Shown here piece after piece: positions 10,224 to 18,006 of a DNA stretch of 64,000 nucleotides. The notes under the pieces were generated by a model that saw nothing but the letters and a program-made list of their open reading frames with translations, did no database searches and was not told where the DNA came from. A program made the translations under genes and the position numbers. Position 1 is the stretch's first letter; each line of letters opens with the position of its first letter. The stretch is from Bdellovibrionales bacterium (GTDB lineage: Bacteria; Bdellovibrionota; Bdellovibrionia; Bdellovibrionales; JAGQZY01), in contig CAXRHT010000003.1 of NCBI GenBank assembly GCA_964230645.1, positions 704,001 through 768,000 on the forward strand, given 5' to 3'.

Positions 10224-11481
10224 AATCAAGCAACTCAAGTCCAGAGAAATTTTAGACTCTAGAGGCTTTCCCACTGTTGAAGTTGAAGTATTAACCTCAA
10301 AAGGTATTTTAGCTCGCGCGGCTGTCCCTTCAGGAGCTTCGACGGGAGCTCATGAAGCTTGCGAATTAAGAGATGAGGATTCGAGCCGTTTTTTCGGTAA
10401 AGGGGTTCAGAAAGCTGTCAGCTTTGTGCAAAAAGAGATTCAAAATAATATCAAAGGTATGGACGTGAGCGACTGGGCAAGCATTGATGAAACCCTATTG
10501 AAGCTCGACGGAACCAAAAACAAATCACGCCTTGGAGCCAATGCCGTTCTTGGAGTCTCACTCGCCTGCGCCAAGGCTGCTGCCCTTGAGGAAGAAAAGT
10601 CTTTTTTCAAATATCTAGGTGGAGATAAAGCCACTCAACTTCCCATCCCATTAATGAATGTTCTTAATGGAGGAGCCCACGCCGACAATGGGTTGGATGT
10701 GCAAGAGTTTATGGTTGTGCCAAGACTTGAGACTTTTAAAAAGTCCTTACAGGCGGGAAGTGAAATTTTCCATAGCCTTAAAAAACTTCTCTCCCAAGAA
10801 GGGCTGACAGTCGCTGTAGGTGATGAAGGAGGATTTGCTCCGAAACTAAAATCCAATGAAGAGGCTTTGGATTACTTATGTAAAGCCGTGGACAAAGCCG
10901 GTTATAAATTAGGCTCTGAAGTTTATATGGCTCTCGATGTTGCTGCGACGGAGTTTTACAAAGACGGAAAATACCAGTGGGAAGGCTCACAAAAAAGTGC
11001 TGATGAAATCTCTAAAATATATATGGGCTGGAAGGAAAAGTTCCCATTGATTTCCATCGAAGATGGCCTTGCCGAAGACGACTGGGACGGATGGAAACAT
11101 CTCACTAAAGAGGTGGGTGCAAGCATTCAACTTGTGGGCGATGATCTTTTCGTGACCAACTACGATCGCCTGAAAAAAGGTGTCGAAGAAAAGTGTGCTA
11201 ACGCACTCCTTGTAAAAGTGAATCAAATTGGAAGCTTAAGTGAAACCAAAAAAGCCGTCGAATTCGCCCAAGCCTCCAATTACGAAACAGTGATGTCTCA
11301 CCGCAGTGGCGAAACAGAGGACACAACCATTGCTGACCTAGCGGTTGCCATGAACTGCTCACAGATCAAGACGGGAAGTCTTTGTCGAAGCGAAAGAATC
11401 GCAAAGTATAACCAACTTCTTCGCATTGAAGAAGAGCTGGGCGATAAAGCCACCTTCGCCAAACTCGATTTAATGAATTAA
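10216..11481 (+). CDS. eno: Enolase
   Basis: [55 protein letters not shown]. Confidence 0.99.
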   Translation: MSEIKQLKSREILDSRGFPTVEVEVLTSKGILARAAVPSGASTGAHEACELRDEDSSRFFGKGVQKAVSFVQKEIQNNIKGMDVSDWASIDETLLKLDGTKNKSRLGANAVLGVSLACAKAAALEEEKSFFKYLGGDKATQLPIPLMNVLNGGAHADNGLDVQEFMVVPRLETFKKSLQAGSEIFHSLKKLLSQEGLTVAVGDEGGFAPKLKSNEEALDYLCKAVDKAGYKLGSEVYMALDVAATEFYKDGKYQWEGSQKSADEISKIYMGWKEKFPLISIEDGLAEDDWDGWKHLTKEVGASIQLVGDDLFVTNYDRLKKGVEEKCANALLVKVNQIGSLSETKKAVEFAQASNYETVMSHRSGETEDTTIADLAVAMNCSQIKTGSLCRSERIAKYNQLLRIEEELGDKATFAKLDLMN

Positions 11482-11548
11482 ATTGTAACTGGACCTACAG
11501 TCAGGCTTAAAACTTGTTTCTGAAGCCAAAAGTAATAGAATAAAAATA

Positions 11549-11848
11549 ATGATTAAAGCCTTCTCAACTCAAATCAACCAATGGCTCAATAACCCCTTAA
11601 AAATTCTTTTATGGGGTAGCGTTTTCACATTCATAATGCTCCTAGCCGACGGCAGCCTTTGGCGCTTTTGGAGTCTTCAAAGAGGCCAAGAAGACCTAAA
11701 AGAACGAATGGCCGACCTAGAAGCAAAATCCAAAAAACTAGAGTTCAAAATCCACCAAGCCAAAAACCTAACCTACATAGAACGCCAAGCCACCGACCAA
11801 TTCGACTACATAAGAGAAGGCGACCTAATCTTCGTCTTCGCCGATTAA
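11549..11848 (+). CDS. ftsB: Septum formation initiator FtsB/DivIC family
   Basis: TM helix, coiled coil, YIERQA...REGDLIF. Canonical position after eno. Confidence 0.8.
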   Translation: MIKAFSTQINQWLNNPLKILLWGSVFTFIMLLADGSLWRFWSLQRGQEDLKERMADLEAKSKKLEFKIHQAKNLTYIERQATDQFDYIREGDLIFVFAD

Positions 11849-11929
11849 AAACTAAGTTAAATTTTTAAAAACCCCATTTTTCAGATATCCGACCTGGGGG
11901 TAAGCGATATAATGTTTCTTGCAGGTTCT

Positions 11930-12053
11930 CTCGTCTAATGTTCAGAAGTAAAGCTCAGATTTTTGAGGCTCCCACGAGCGTGATGCGTTTAAGTGGGAAG
12001 GGCTTGGAGCCCGGCCTCAAAAATCTGAGCTTTACTTCTGAATATTAGACGAG
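11930..12053. repeat. Long inverted repeat (REP/MITE-like palindromic element)
   Basis: 40-nt arms 11930-11969 and 12014-12053 with one mismatch (G-U compatible). The 44-nt spacer holds two small hairpins. Confidence 0.9.
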
Positions 12054-12145
12054 CCCCGAGCCGCACAGAAAGATTGGAACGGGGTGGTGGGCCAGTGCCA
12101 TTCCGAAAAAGATAGAGTAGATTGGTCCCCTCCGGAGGACCCTCA

Positions 12146-14668
12146 ATGAAAAAACTCTATCTAGTCGACGTCAGTTCCATGTTTTTCCGCGCCTTCTACG
12201 CCATCCGAGCTCTTAATAATTCGGAAGGCTTACCCACCAATGCTATTTTTGGTTTTCTCTCCATGTCGGTAAAACTGTTAAAAGACGTGAAACCTGACTA
12301 TATGGTTTATTGCTACGACCAACCCGGCCCTTCTTTTAGAAAAGACATTTATGAAGAGTACAAAGCCAATCGTGGGGAAACTCCAGAAGACCTGATCCCC
12401 CAGATACCCTATATTAAAAAGTTAACCGAGCTTATGGGTATACCAGGAATAGGGCTTGAGAAGTACGAGGCCGATGACGTTGTTGGTTCCCTTGCTAAAT
12501 ACGGAAGAGAAAACAAACTCGAAGTTGTAATTGTCAGTGGAGATAAAGACTTCGCTCAACTCATAAAAGATAAAGTCACCATGTTCGATACGATGAAGGA
12601 TGTGGTTTACGATGTGGATAAAGTGATTGAAAAGTGGGGAGTGCATCCGGATCAGTTTATCGACTATCTGGCTCTTTGTGGGGATAGTTCCGACAACATC
12701 CCTGGAGTGAAAGGCATCGGTCCCAAGGGGGCCCAGAAACTTTTGACGAACTTTAAGAGTCTTGACGGCATTTATGAAAATATAGACAAAGTTAAAACAG
12801 CCTCCCATATTAAAAAGTTAAAAGAAGCTAAAGAAATGGCCTATGTCTCAAAAGAGCTTGTCACCATTAAAACCGATCTGGATTTGGTGAAGTCCTTGGA
12901 TGAGATTAGTTTAAAACCAATCAAATCTGACGAATTGGCCGAAGTCCTCGACGAGTTGGAGTTCTCTTCTTTCAAGAAGAATTTACTAGGCGCTTCAGCC
13001 TCAGCCAAAAAAGGTGGTACCAGTGGCGACACAGAGAAAAGAAAGGCCAAAATAAAAACCAAAGAAATTGATGCTCTTGAGTTGGATAAATGGCTTTCTA
13101 AAAAAGATGAAGTGTTCGCTTGGAAAGACTCTCGTAGTTTCTTTATTTGTAAAGAAAATGAGTGCCGATTGGTTAGTGATGATCTTTCAAAACTTGGTGA
13201 GATTCTTTCTGGAAAAGACCTTTTTTGGAAAGGCTATGACGTCAAGACTCTCTGGCGCGAAATGCAGGTGAGTCAAGGTGAGGTGAAAGAGGATCTTCTT
13301 TTAAGTGCTTACTTACTGAAGGCCGGAAGTATTAAGAGTTTTGAAGAAGTTTACCAAACCTATATCGGGGGGAGTTTGCCTGAGTTTCCCGAGGCTGCTG
13401 ATATTTACACGGCTTATCAAGAGACTCAAGAGGTGGTTCTCGAGCGGCTTAAAGAGCAAAAAATGTTACCTATTTTACAGACGGTGGATCTTCCCTTAGT
13501 CGAAGTTTTATCTGCTATGGAAAATAAGGGGGTGATGCTTGATACCGACCAGTTGGCAAAAGAGAGTCAAGACCTTCAAAAGGAAATAGAACAATTAGAA
13601 AATGAGGTGCAAGAAATTGCGGGCGAAAAGTTTAATGTAGCCAGTCCCAAGCAGCTCTCCAGCATACTTTTTGAAAAAATGGAATTAACCAAAGGCAAAA
13701 AGACCAAAACAGGTTATTCAACCGCTACTGATGTTCTTGAGAAACTAGTGGAAGAGAGTCCAATTGCTCAAAAGGTTTTGGACTTTCGGGAGTTGAGCAA
13801 ATTAAAGTCTACTTATGTCGATGCCCTTCCCGAGCTTGTTAACGAGAAAACGGGTCGAATACACACGGTATTCAATCAGGCTTTGACGACGACGGGGCGA
13901 CTTTCTAGTAATCATCCTAACCTACAAAACATTCCCATTCGTACTGAAAGAGGCCGGAAGGTTCGGGAGGCTTTTATAGTGCCTCCGAAGTGCAAAATGC
14001 TTTCCGCGGATTACTCGCAAATCGAACTCAGAATATTGGCTCACATCACTGGAGATGATGGTCTAACAAAGGCCTTTAACGAAGATCGCGACATTCATAG
14101 TTGGACAGCGAGCGAAATCTTTTCCATAAAAATGAGCGAGGTGGATTCGGAACAAAGGCGTCGAGCGAAGGCAGTGAACTTTGGGATTGCCTATGGTCAG
14201 GGGCCTTATGGCCTAGCTGAAACCTTAAAAATATCTCGGACGGAATCGAAGGAAATTATTGATAATTATTTTAAAAAGTTCCCTGGCGTAGCGGAATATA
14301 TGGACGAGGTGGTGGAGCGGGCCAAAGAAAACGGCTTTGTGGAAACTCTGTTTGGTCGCAGGCGCTATCTGCCAGAGCTAAAGTCTAAAAATCCCATGCA
14401 GAGAAATTTTGGAGAAAGAGCCGCAATTAACGCTCCCATTCAGGGGACGGCCAGTGATTTAGTTAAAATGGCCATGCTAGAGCTCTATGAAGACTATCCT
14501 GAGGAGATGCTTTTGCAAGTCCACGATGAACTTATCTTTGAGCTCCCAGAAAAAGAAATTCAGGACCATGCAGCTAAAATCAAAGAGGTTATGGAAGGCA
14601 ACGTTCAACTCAATGTAAAGCTCAAAGTGAACGTCGCGTGGGGTGATAATTGGTCAGAGGCTCATTAA
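12146..14668 (+). CDS. polA: DNA polymerase I
   Basis: 5'-3' exonuclease (LYLVDVSSMFFRAFYA, EADD, GDSSDNIPGVKGIG) and family A motifs (TGRLSS..PNLQNIP, ADYSQIELR, AKAVNFGIAYG, QVHDEL). Confidence 0.98.
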   Translation: MKKLYLVDVSSMFFRAFYAIRALNNSEGLPTNAIFGFLSMSVKLLKDVKPDYMVYCYDQPGPSFRKDIYEEYKANRGETPEDLIPQIPYIKKLTELMGIPGIGLEKYEADDVVGSLAKYGRENKLEVVIVSGDKDFAQLIKDKVTMFDTMKDVVYDVDKVIEKWGVHPDQFIDYLALCGDSSDNIPGVKGIGPKGAQKLLTNFKSLDGIYENIDKVKTASHIKKLKEAKEMAYVSKELVTIKTDLDLVKSLDEISLKPIKSDELAEVLDELEFSSFKKNLLGASASAKKGGTSGDTEKRKAKIKTKEIDALELDKWLSKKDEVFAWKDSRSFFICKENECRLVSDDLSKLGEILSGKDLFWKGYDVKTLWREMQVSQGEVKEDLLLSAYLLKAGSIKSFEEVYQTYIGGSLPEFPEAADIYTAYQETQEVVLERLKEQKMLPILQTVDLPLVEVLSAMENKGVMLDTDQLAKESQDLQKEIEQLENEVQEIAGEKFNVASPKQLSSILFEKMELTKGKKTKTGYSTATDVLEKLVEESPIAQKVLDFRELSKLKSTYVDALPELVNEKTGRIHTVFNQALTTTGRLSSNHPNLQNIPIRTERGRKVREAFIVPPKCKMLSADYSQIELRILAHITGDDGLTKAFNEDRDIHSWTASEIFSIKMSEVDSEQRRRAKAVNFGIAYGQGPYGLAETLKISRTESKEIIDNYFKKFPGVAEYMDEVVERAKENGFVETLFGRRRYLPELKSKNPMQRNFGERAAINAPIQGTASDLVKMAMLELYEDYPEEMLLQVHDELIFELPEKEIQDHAAKIKEVMEGNVQLNVKLKVNVAWGDNWSEAH

Positions 14669-14712
14669 AAGCGACTCGGGACTCTTCTTTTAAGAGTTTT
14701 AGTAGCGAGGAC

Positions 14713-14740
14713 CTTGACCCTGTAAGAAATCCCTCCATAT
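14713..14740 (+). promoter_or_regulatory. RpoH (sigma32)-like promoter of htpX
   Basis: CTTGAC-N14-CTCCATAT, close to the CTTGAA/CCCCATNT consensus, upstream of a heat-shock protease gene. Confidence 0.5.
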
Positions 14741-14765
14741 TGTAGAGGTAAAGGAGTGGATTTCC

Positions 14766-15647
14766 ATGAAACGTTTCTTTTTGTTTTTTCTTACAAATAT
14801 ATTAGTCATTGTATCTATTAGTATTGTCTACAGCCTTTTGGCAGCGGCAGGATTGGTTCCGGCCGACTATATGGGCCAAATGGTGGTCTTTTCCATACTG
14901 ATTGGTTTTGGCGGTTCTTTTATCTCCCTATTCATTTCGAAATGGATGGCCAAGCGCATGATGGGAGTGCAGATCGTCGATAACAGGGGACAATTTGGCC
15001 CGCTGGTCTCTCGAGTGCACGAAATGGCAAAGAGAGCCGGACTTAATAAAATGCCTGAAGTGGGAATTTATGAGAGTCCGGAAGTGAATGCCTTCGCCAC
15101 TGGCCCCAGTAAAAACAATGCCCTCGTAGCCGTATCGACCGGTCTTTTACAAAAAATGGATGATGATGAAGTGCATGGAGTCTTAGCCCATGAAATTTCT
15201 CACGTGGCTAATGGAGATATGGTGACAATGGCCCTTGTGCAAGGGGTTGTTAACTCATTCACTTACCTTGTGAGCATTATCGTCACAAACTTTATCGCGG
15301 GCGCGCTAAGGGGAGATAGCGAGCGAGGTATTGGAGACAATTGGTTTATTAGACATTTCATTTTCAATGCCGTTTTTGCGCTTGTAGCCTTTGCGGCTTA
15401 CCCGATTGTGGCCGGTTTTAGTCGTTATCGCGAATACCGAGCGGATGCTGGTGGTGCGAGATTGGCTGGAAAAGGTGCCATGATCGCAGCCCTTGAAAAA
15501 CTCAAAGGCAGTGTGGATGAAGTCGAAAAAAGTGAAGCGGCTTTTCAGTCCATGAAGATCTCGAATAAAAGCTCTTTTGCCGAGTTTTTCTCAACTCACC
15601 CGCCACTCGATAAACGCATTCGCGCACTACAGGCTCAAGTGCGTTAA
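14766..15647 (+). CDS. htpX: Zinc metalloprotease HtpX
   Basis: NAFATG, HEISH zinc motif, NGDMVT, FSRYREYRAD, THPPL. Confidence 0.97.
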   Translation: MKRFFLFFLTNILVIVSISIVYSLLAAAGLVPADYMGQMVVFSILIGFGGSFISLFISKWMAKRMMGVQIVDNRGQFGPLVSRVHEMAKRAGLNKMPEVGIYESPEVNAFATGPSKNNALVAVSTGLLQKMDDDEVHGVLAHEISHVANGDMVTMALVQGVVNSFTYLVSIIVTNFIAGALRGDSERGIGDNWFIRHFIFNAVFALVAFAAYPIVAGFSRYREYRADAGGARLAGKGAMIAALEKLKGSVDEVEKSEAAFQSMKISNKSSFAEFFSTHPPLDKRIRALQAQVR

Positions 15648-15665
15648 GATTGGTGCTTATTTAAG

Positions 15666-15715
15666 TTGTCGCTTTTAGGGCTTAGGATTTCATTAGCCAA
15701 ACCCAAAGGCGACAA
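15666..15715 (+). terminator. Imperfect hairpin after htpX, possible terminator
   Basis: TTGTCGC...GCGACAA outer stem with GGG/CCC inner pairing, followed by a short T run. Confidence 0.45.
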
Positions 15716-15836
15716 AACTTTTCGGTCGTGCCTACACAATTTTTCAGGTGTCGAACTTTTTGACACCGTCTTATTTCATTTAACAGGTCTAAGTTGTTGA
15801 ATTTAGGTGCTATTTCTTAAATAATCCCGTCTCACA

Positions 15837-15853
15837 TTGGCACAAATCTGGCA
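15837..15853 (+). promoter_or_regulatory. Sigma54 -24/-12 promoter
   Basis: TTGGCACAAATCTGGCA (GG-N10-GC). Palindrome GGTGTC-N9-GACACC at 15747-15767 is a candidate activator site. Confidence 0.65.
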
Positions 15854-15880
15854 TTAATAGGGGGCAAGGAGAGTAAAAGA

Positions 15881-16495
15881 ATGAAACCAACATCTATCAT
15901 CGTATTGATCGCAACTTTTTTAACATCCCTGATTTTAAGTGCTGCCGAGTCTCAGCCAGCAAGGATTCAACCCAATGAAGGGGCCCAGCAGAAACGAAAA
16001 GAGGTCTCCGATAAAAAGGAAGTTTCCAAAAACCATCATAGATGGCAGCTCAACCAAAAGAGTGTGGTAAAGATCAAAGGGGTCGACCTTGGAGAGAAGT
16101 CTTGTTCCCTTTTTCAAGTTCATTTCGAAAAGGATCTTTCTTATCAGATTAGTTGTGGTGAGTTTTCAGTCGAACAGAACTTGGCTCTGAGCAATTCAAA
16201 AAAACACACTGTCACTCGGAAAAATGGTTATACTACAATCACTAAGTATGGATATTTGATAAAGAAGCCTCAAATTTCCCAATTGGATCAAACCACTCTA
16301 AGAGTGCCCTATGTTTCTCAGATCATCCATATTAATGAGAACGATAAAAACGAAATGGCTTTTTATTTAGAGAGCTTTAAGGTGGATGAGTTTGGGCGCA
16401 TAGTACAAGATCAATTTATTCAAGCACATGGGCTGGCCCAATTTGAACGAAAGGTCAGCGCCCATAGAGTAGAAAAACAGAAAAATCATAAGTGA
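15881..16495 (+). CDS. Secreted hypothetical protein
   Basis: AAGGAG RBS, signal peptide, no recognised domain. Confidence 0.75.
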   Translation: MKPTSIIVLIATFLTSLILSAAESQPARIQPNEGAQQKRKEVSDKKEVSKNHHRWQLNQKSVVKIKGVDLGEKSCSLFQVHFEKDLSYQISCGEFSVEQNLALSNSKKHTVTRKNGYTTITKYGYLIKKPQISQLDQTTLRVPYVSQIIHINENDKNEMAFYLESFKVDEFGRIVQDQFIQAHGLAQFERKVSAHRVEKQKNHK

Positions 16496-16528
16496 TAAGC
16501 TTTGAGGCGATTGGGTAAATATCGGGAG

Positions 16529-16912
16529 TTATTCCGATTCCCAACCGACAACTGTTCCATTTTCAAAATAAATCACTCGGCGCTCACTATAAAAGCCATC
16601 CATTGTGGGAACTTGAGTCTCATAGATCCATTTTTCATTTTCATACTTTGGATTGCCGGCCACTTCCACTTGTGTTGGAATTCCCAGGCTTCTTTGAACA
16701 TTGTTTTTACCCATTCCAAGATGAAGATAATCTGTGGTTGAGGGCTTTCTTTTTTGAGTGATTAAAGGTTGCTGATCATTAAGAAGGAGCATCTCTAAAT
16801 TATCGAGATCAGAAAGAGCTGGGTGCACTCGTCTTGAATTCTTTCTCGGAGTGGGAGAGAGCATACAAGCAGAAAGTGTCAGACTTGTTAATAGGATCAG
16901 AATTAATTTCAT
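16529..16912 (-). CDS. SmpA/BamE-like lipoprotein
   Basis: Lipobox LSAC, LGMGK..V..SLG.P, EKWIY, IYFENG.VVGW. Confidence 0.75.
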   Translation of the reverse strand: MKLILILLTSLTLSACMLSPTPRKNSRRVHPALSDLDNLEMLLLNDQQPLITQKRKPSTTDYLHLGMGKNNVQRSLGIPTQVEVAGNPKYENEKWIYETQVPTMDGFYSERRVIYFENGTVVGWESE

Positions 16913-16947
16913 TTTTATCTCCTTAGAACTTCTTTTATATATGTATC

Positions 16948-16975
16948 AAATCGGAACTTTAATGATCCTTGTTGA
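16948..16975 (-). promoter_or_regulatory. FliA-type promoter
   Basis: TCAAC-N15-TCCGATTT on the minus strand upstream of 16912. Confidence 0.45.
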
Positions 16976-17085
16976 GTCCAGATCACTGTAAAATATTGAT
17001 CCCATAGGCAAAGGTCATAAGACTATGGGCCTGTCTTTTTTTTTAGTTTTCATATACAATTGGTTTCCTCAATAATAGGAAAGAG

Positions 17086-17952
17086 ATGGCAGATAAAACT
17101 GATGACAACGATGAAAATTCAAAACAGGATGCCAGTCAAGAGTCCGAAGAGTCTACCCAGGCGGACGAACCTAAAGCTCCCGATGAGTCTGAAAAAGATT
17201 TAGACCTAGACGAGGATCTTGCTGAGGCTCTTGGTGACGTCGATGGAGTTGCTAACGTAGGAGACGGGGAGGGCGATGTGGATAAGCTTCTCAATGAGGC
17301 TGATCCCAATTTTTCTTCGGAACTTGAAGAAATCGCCTCGACCGACTTTAGCAACGTGGTGATTGAAAAGAACAGTGCCGCCGATGAGGTGGATGAAAAC
17401 TCCAAGGCCCCATCACTTTTTCGCGCTTACCTTAACAACCTACCGAAAGACAGAAAGAATCGATATTTGGCCGCAGTCATAACGATTCTGATTTTGGTTC
17501 CGGCTGCCATTCTAGTGTTTTACGGAAGGCTTTTACCACAGTTCGACCTTCCCTTTTATCTTTCTATGAATGAGCTCACCCAAAAAGTTCATGTCTATGA
17601 TTTAGAGGAAGATCAAATACCACTTTTTGACTCTTTTAGAAACAACACCGTTACCTGGTCTATGCCCAAAGCTATGATCAATCTTCGTTCACAGTCAGAC
17701 CAGCCCGTGTATGGTCAATTTGAGTTTTTCCTAGTTCTTCGAGACAAGGAAGTAGAAAGCACGGTTAAAGCAAACGAAACCGAGATACTTGACCGTGTTC
17801 AAAGAATTCTAGAACAAATGAGTTGGACAGAGTTAAAAGATCCTCTTGGTAAAGAGAGAGTAAAAAAAGTATTGCGCCATCAATTGAACGAATACTTCCA
17901 AGGGAATTACGTCATTGGCGTATATTATCGATCCGTTCTTTTACAAAAATAA
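17086..17952 (+). CDS. fliL: FliL-family protein with acidic N-terminal extension
   Basis: Acidic disordered N-terminus, one TM, C-terminal INL...EL..PLGKERVKK.LR.QLN...VIGVYY. Confidence 0.8.
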   Translation: MADKTDDNDENSKQDASQESEESTQADEPKAPDESEKDLDLDEDLAEALGDVDGVANVGDGEGDVDKLLNEADPNFSSELEEIASTDFSNVVIEKNSAADEVDENSKAPSLFRAYLNNLPKDRKNRYLAAVITILILVPAAILVFYGRLLPQFDLPFYLSMNELTQKVHVYDLEEDQIPLFDSFRNNTVTWSMPKAMINLRSQSDQPVYGQFEFFLVLRDKEVESTVKANETEILDRVQRILEQMSWTELKDPLGKERVKKVLRHQLNEYFQGNYVIGVYYRSVLLQK

Positions 17953-18006
17953 AGTTTCATAAAAAGTTAAGCTCAATCCAGTTAGAAGGTTTGAGCCTGC
18001 TATCCA

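Noticed and set aside
11549..12053. Diversity-generating retroelement target (variable region plus hairpin)
   Set aside because: No template repeat or RT in the window, the FtsB protein looks intact, and the bias sits at synonymous positions rather than being adenine-specific diversification.
16995..17045. c-di-GMP-I riboswitch before fliL (GGCAAA present)
   Set aside because: The GAAA-tetraloop P2 stem and second GCAAA are not present.
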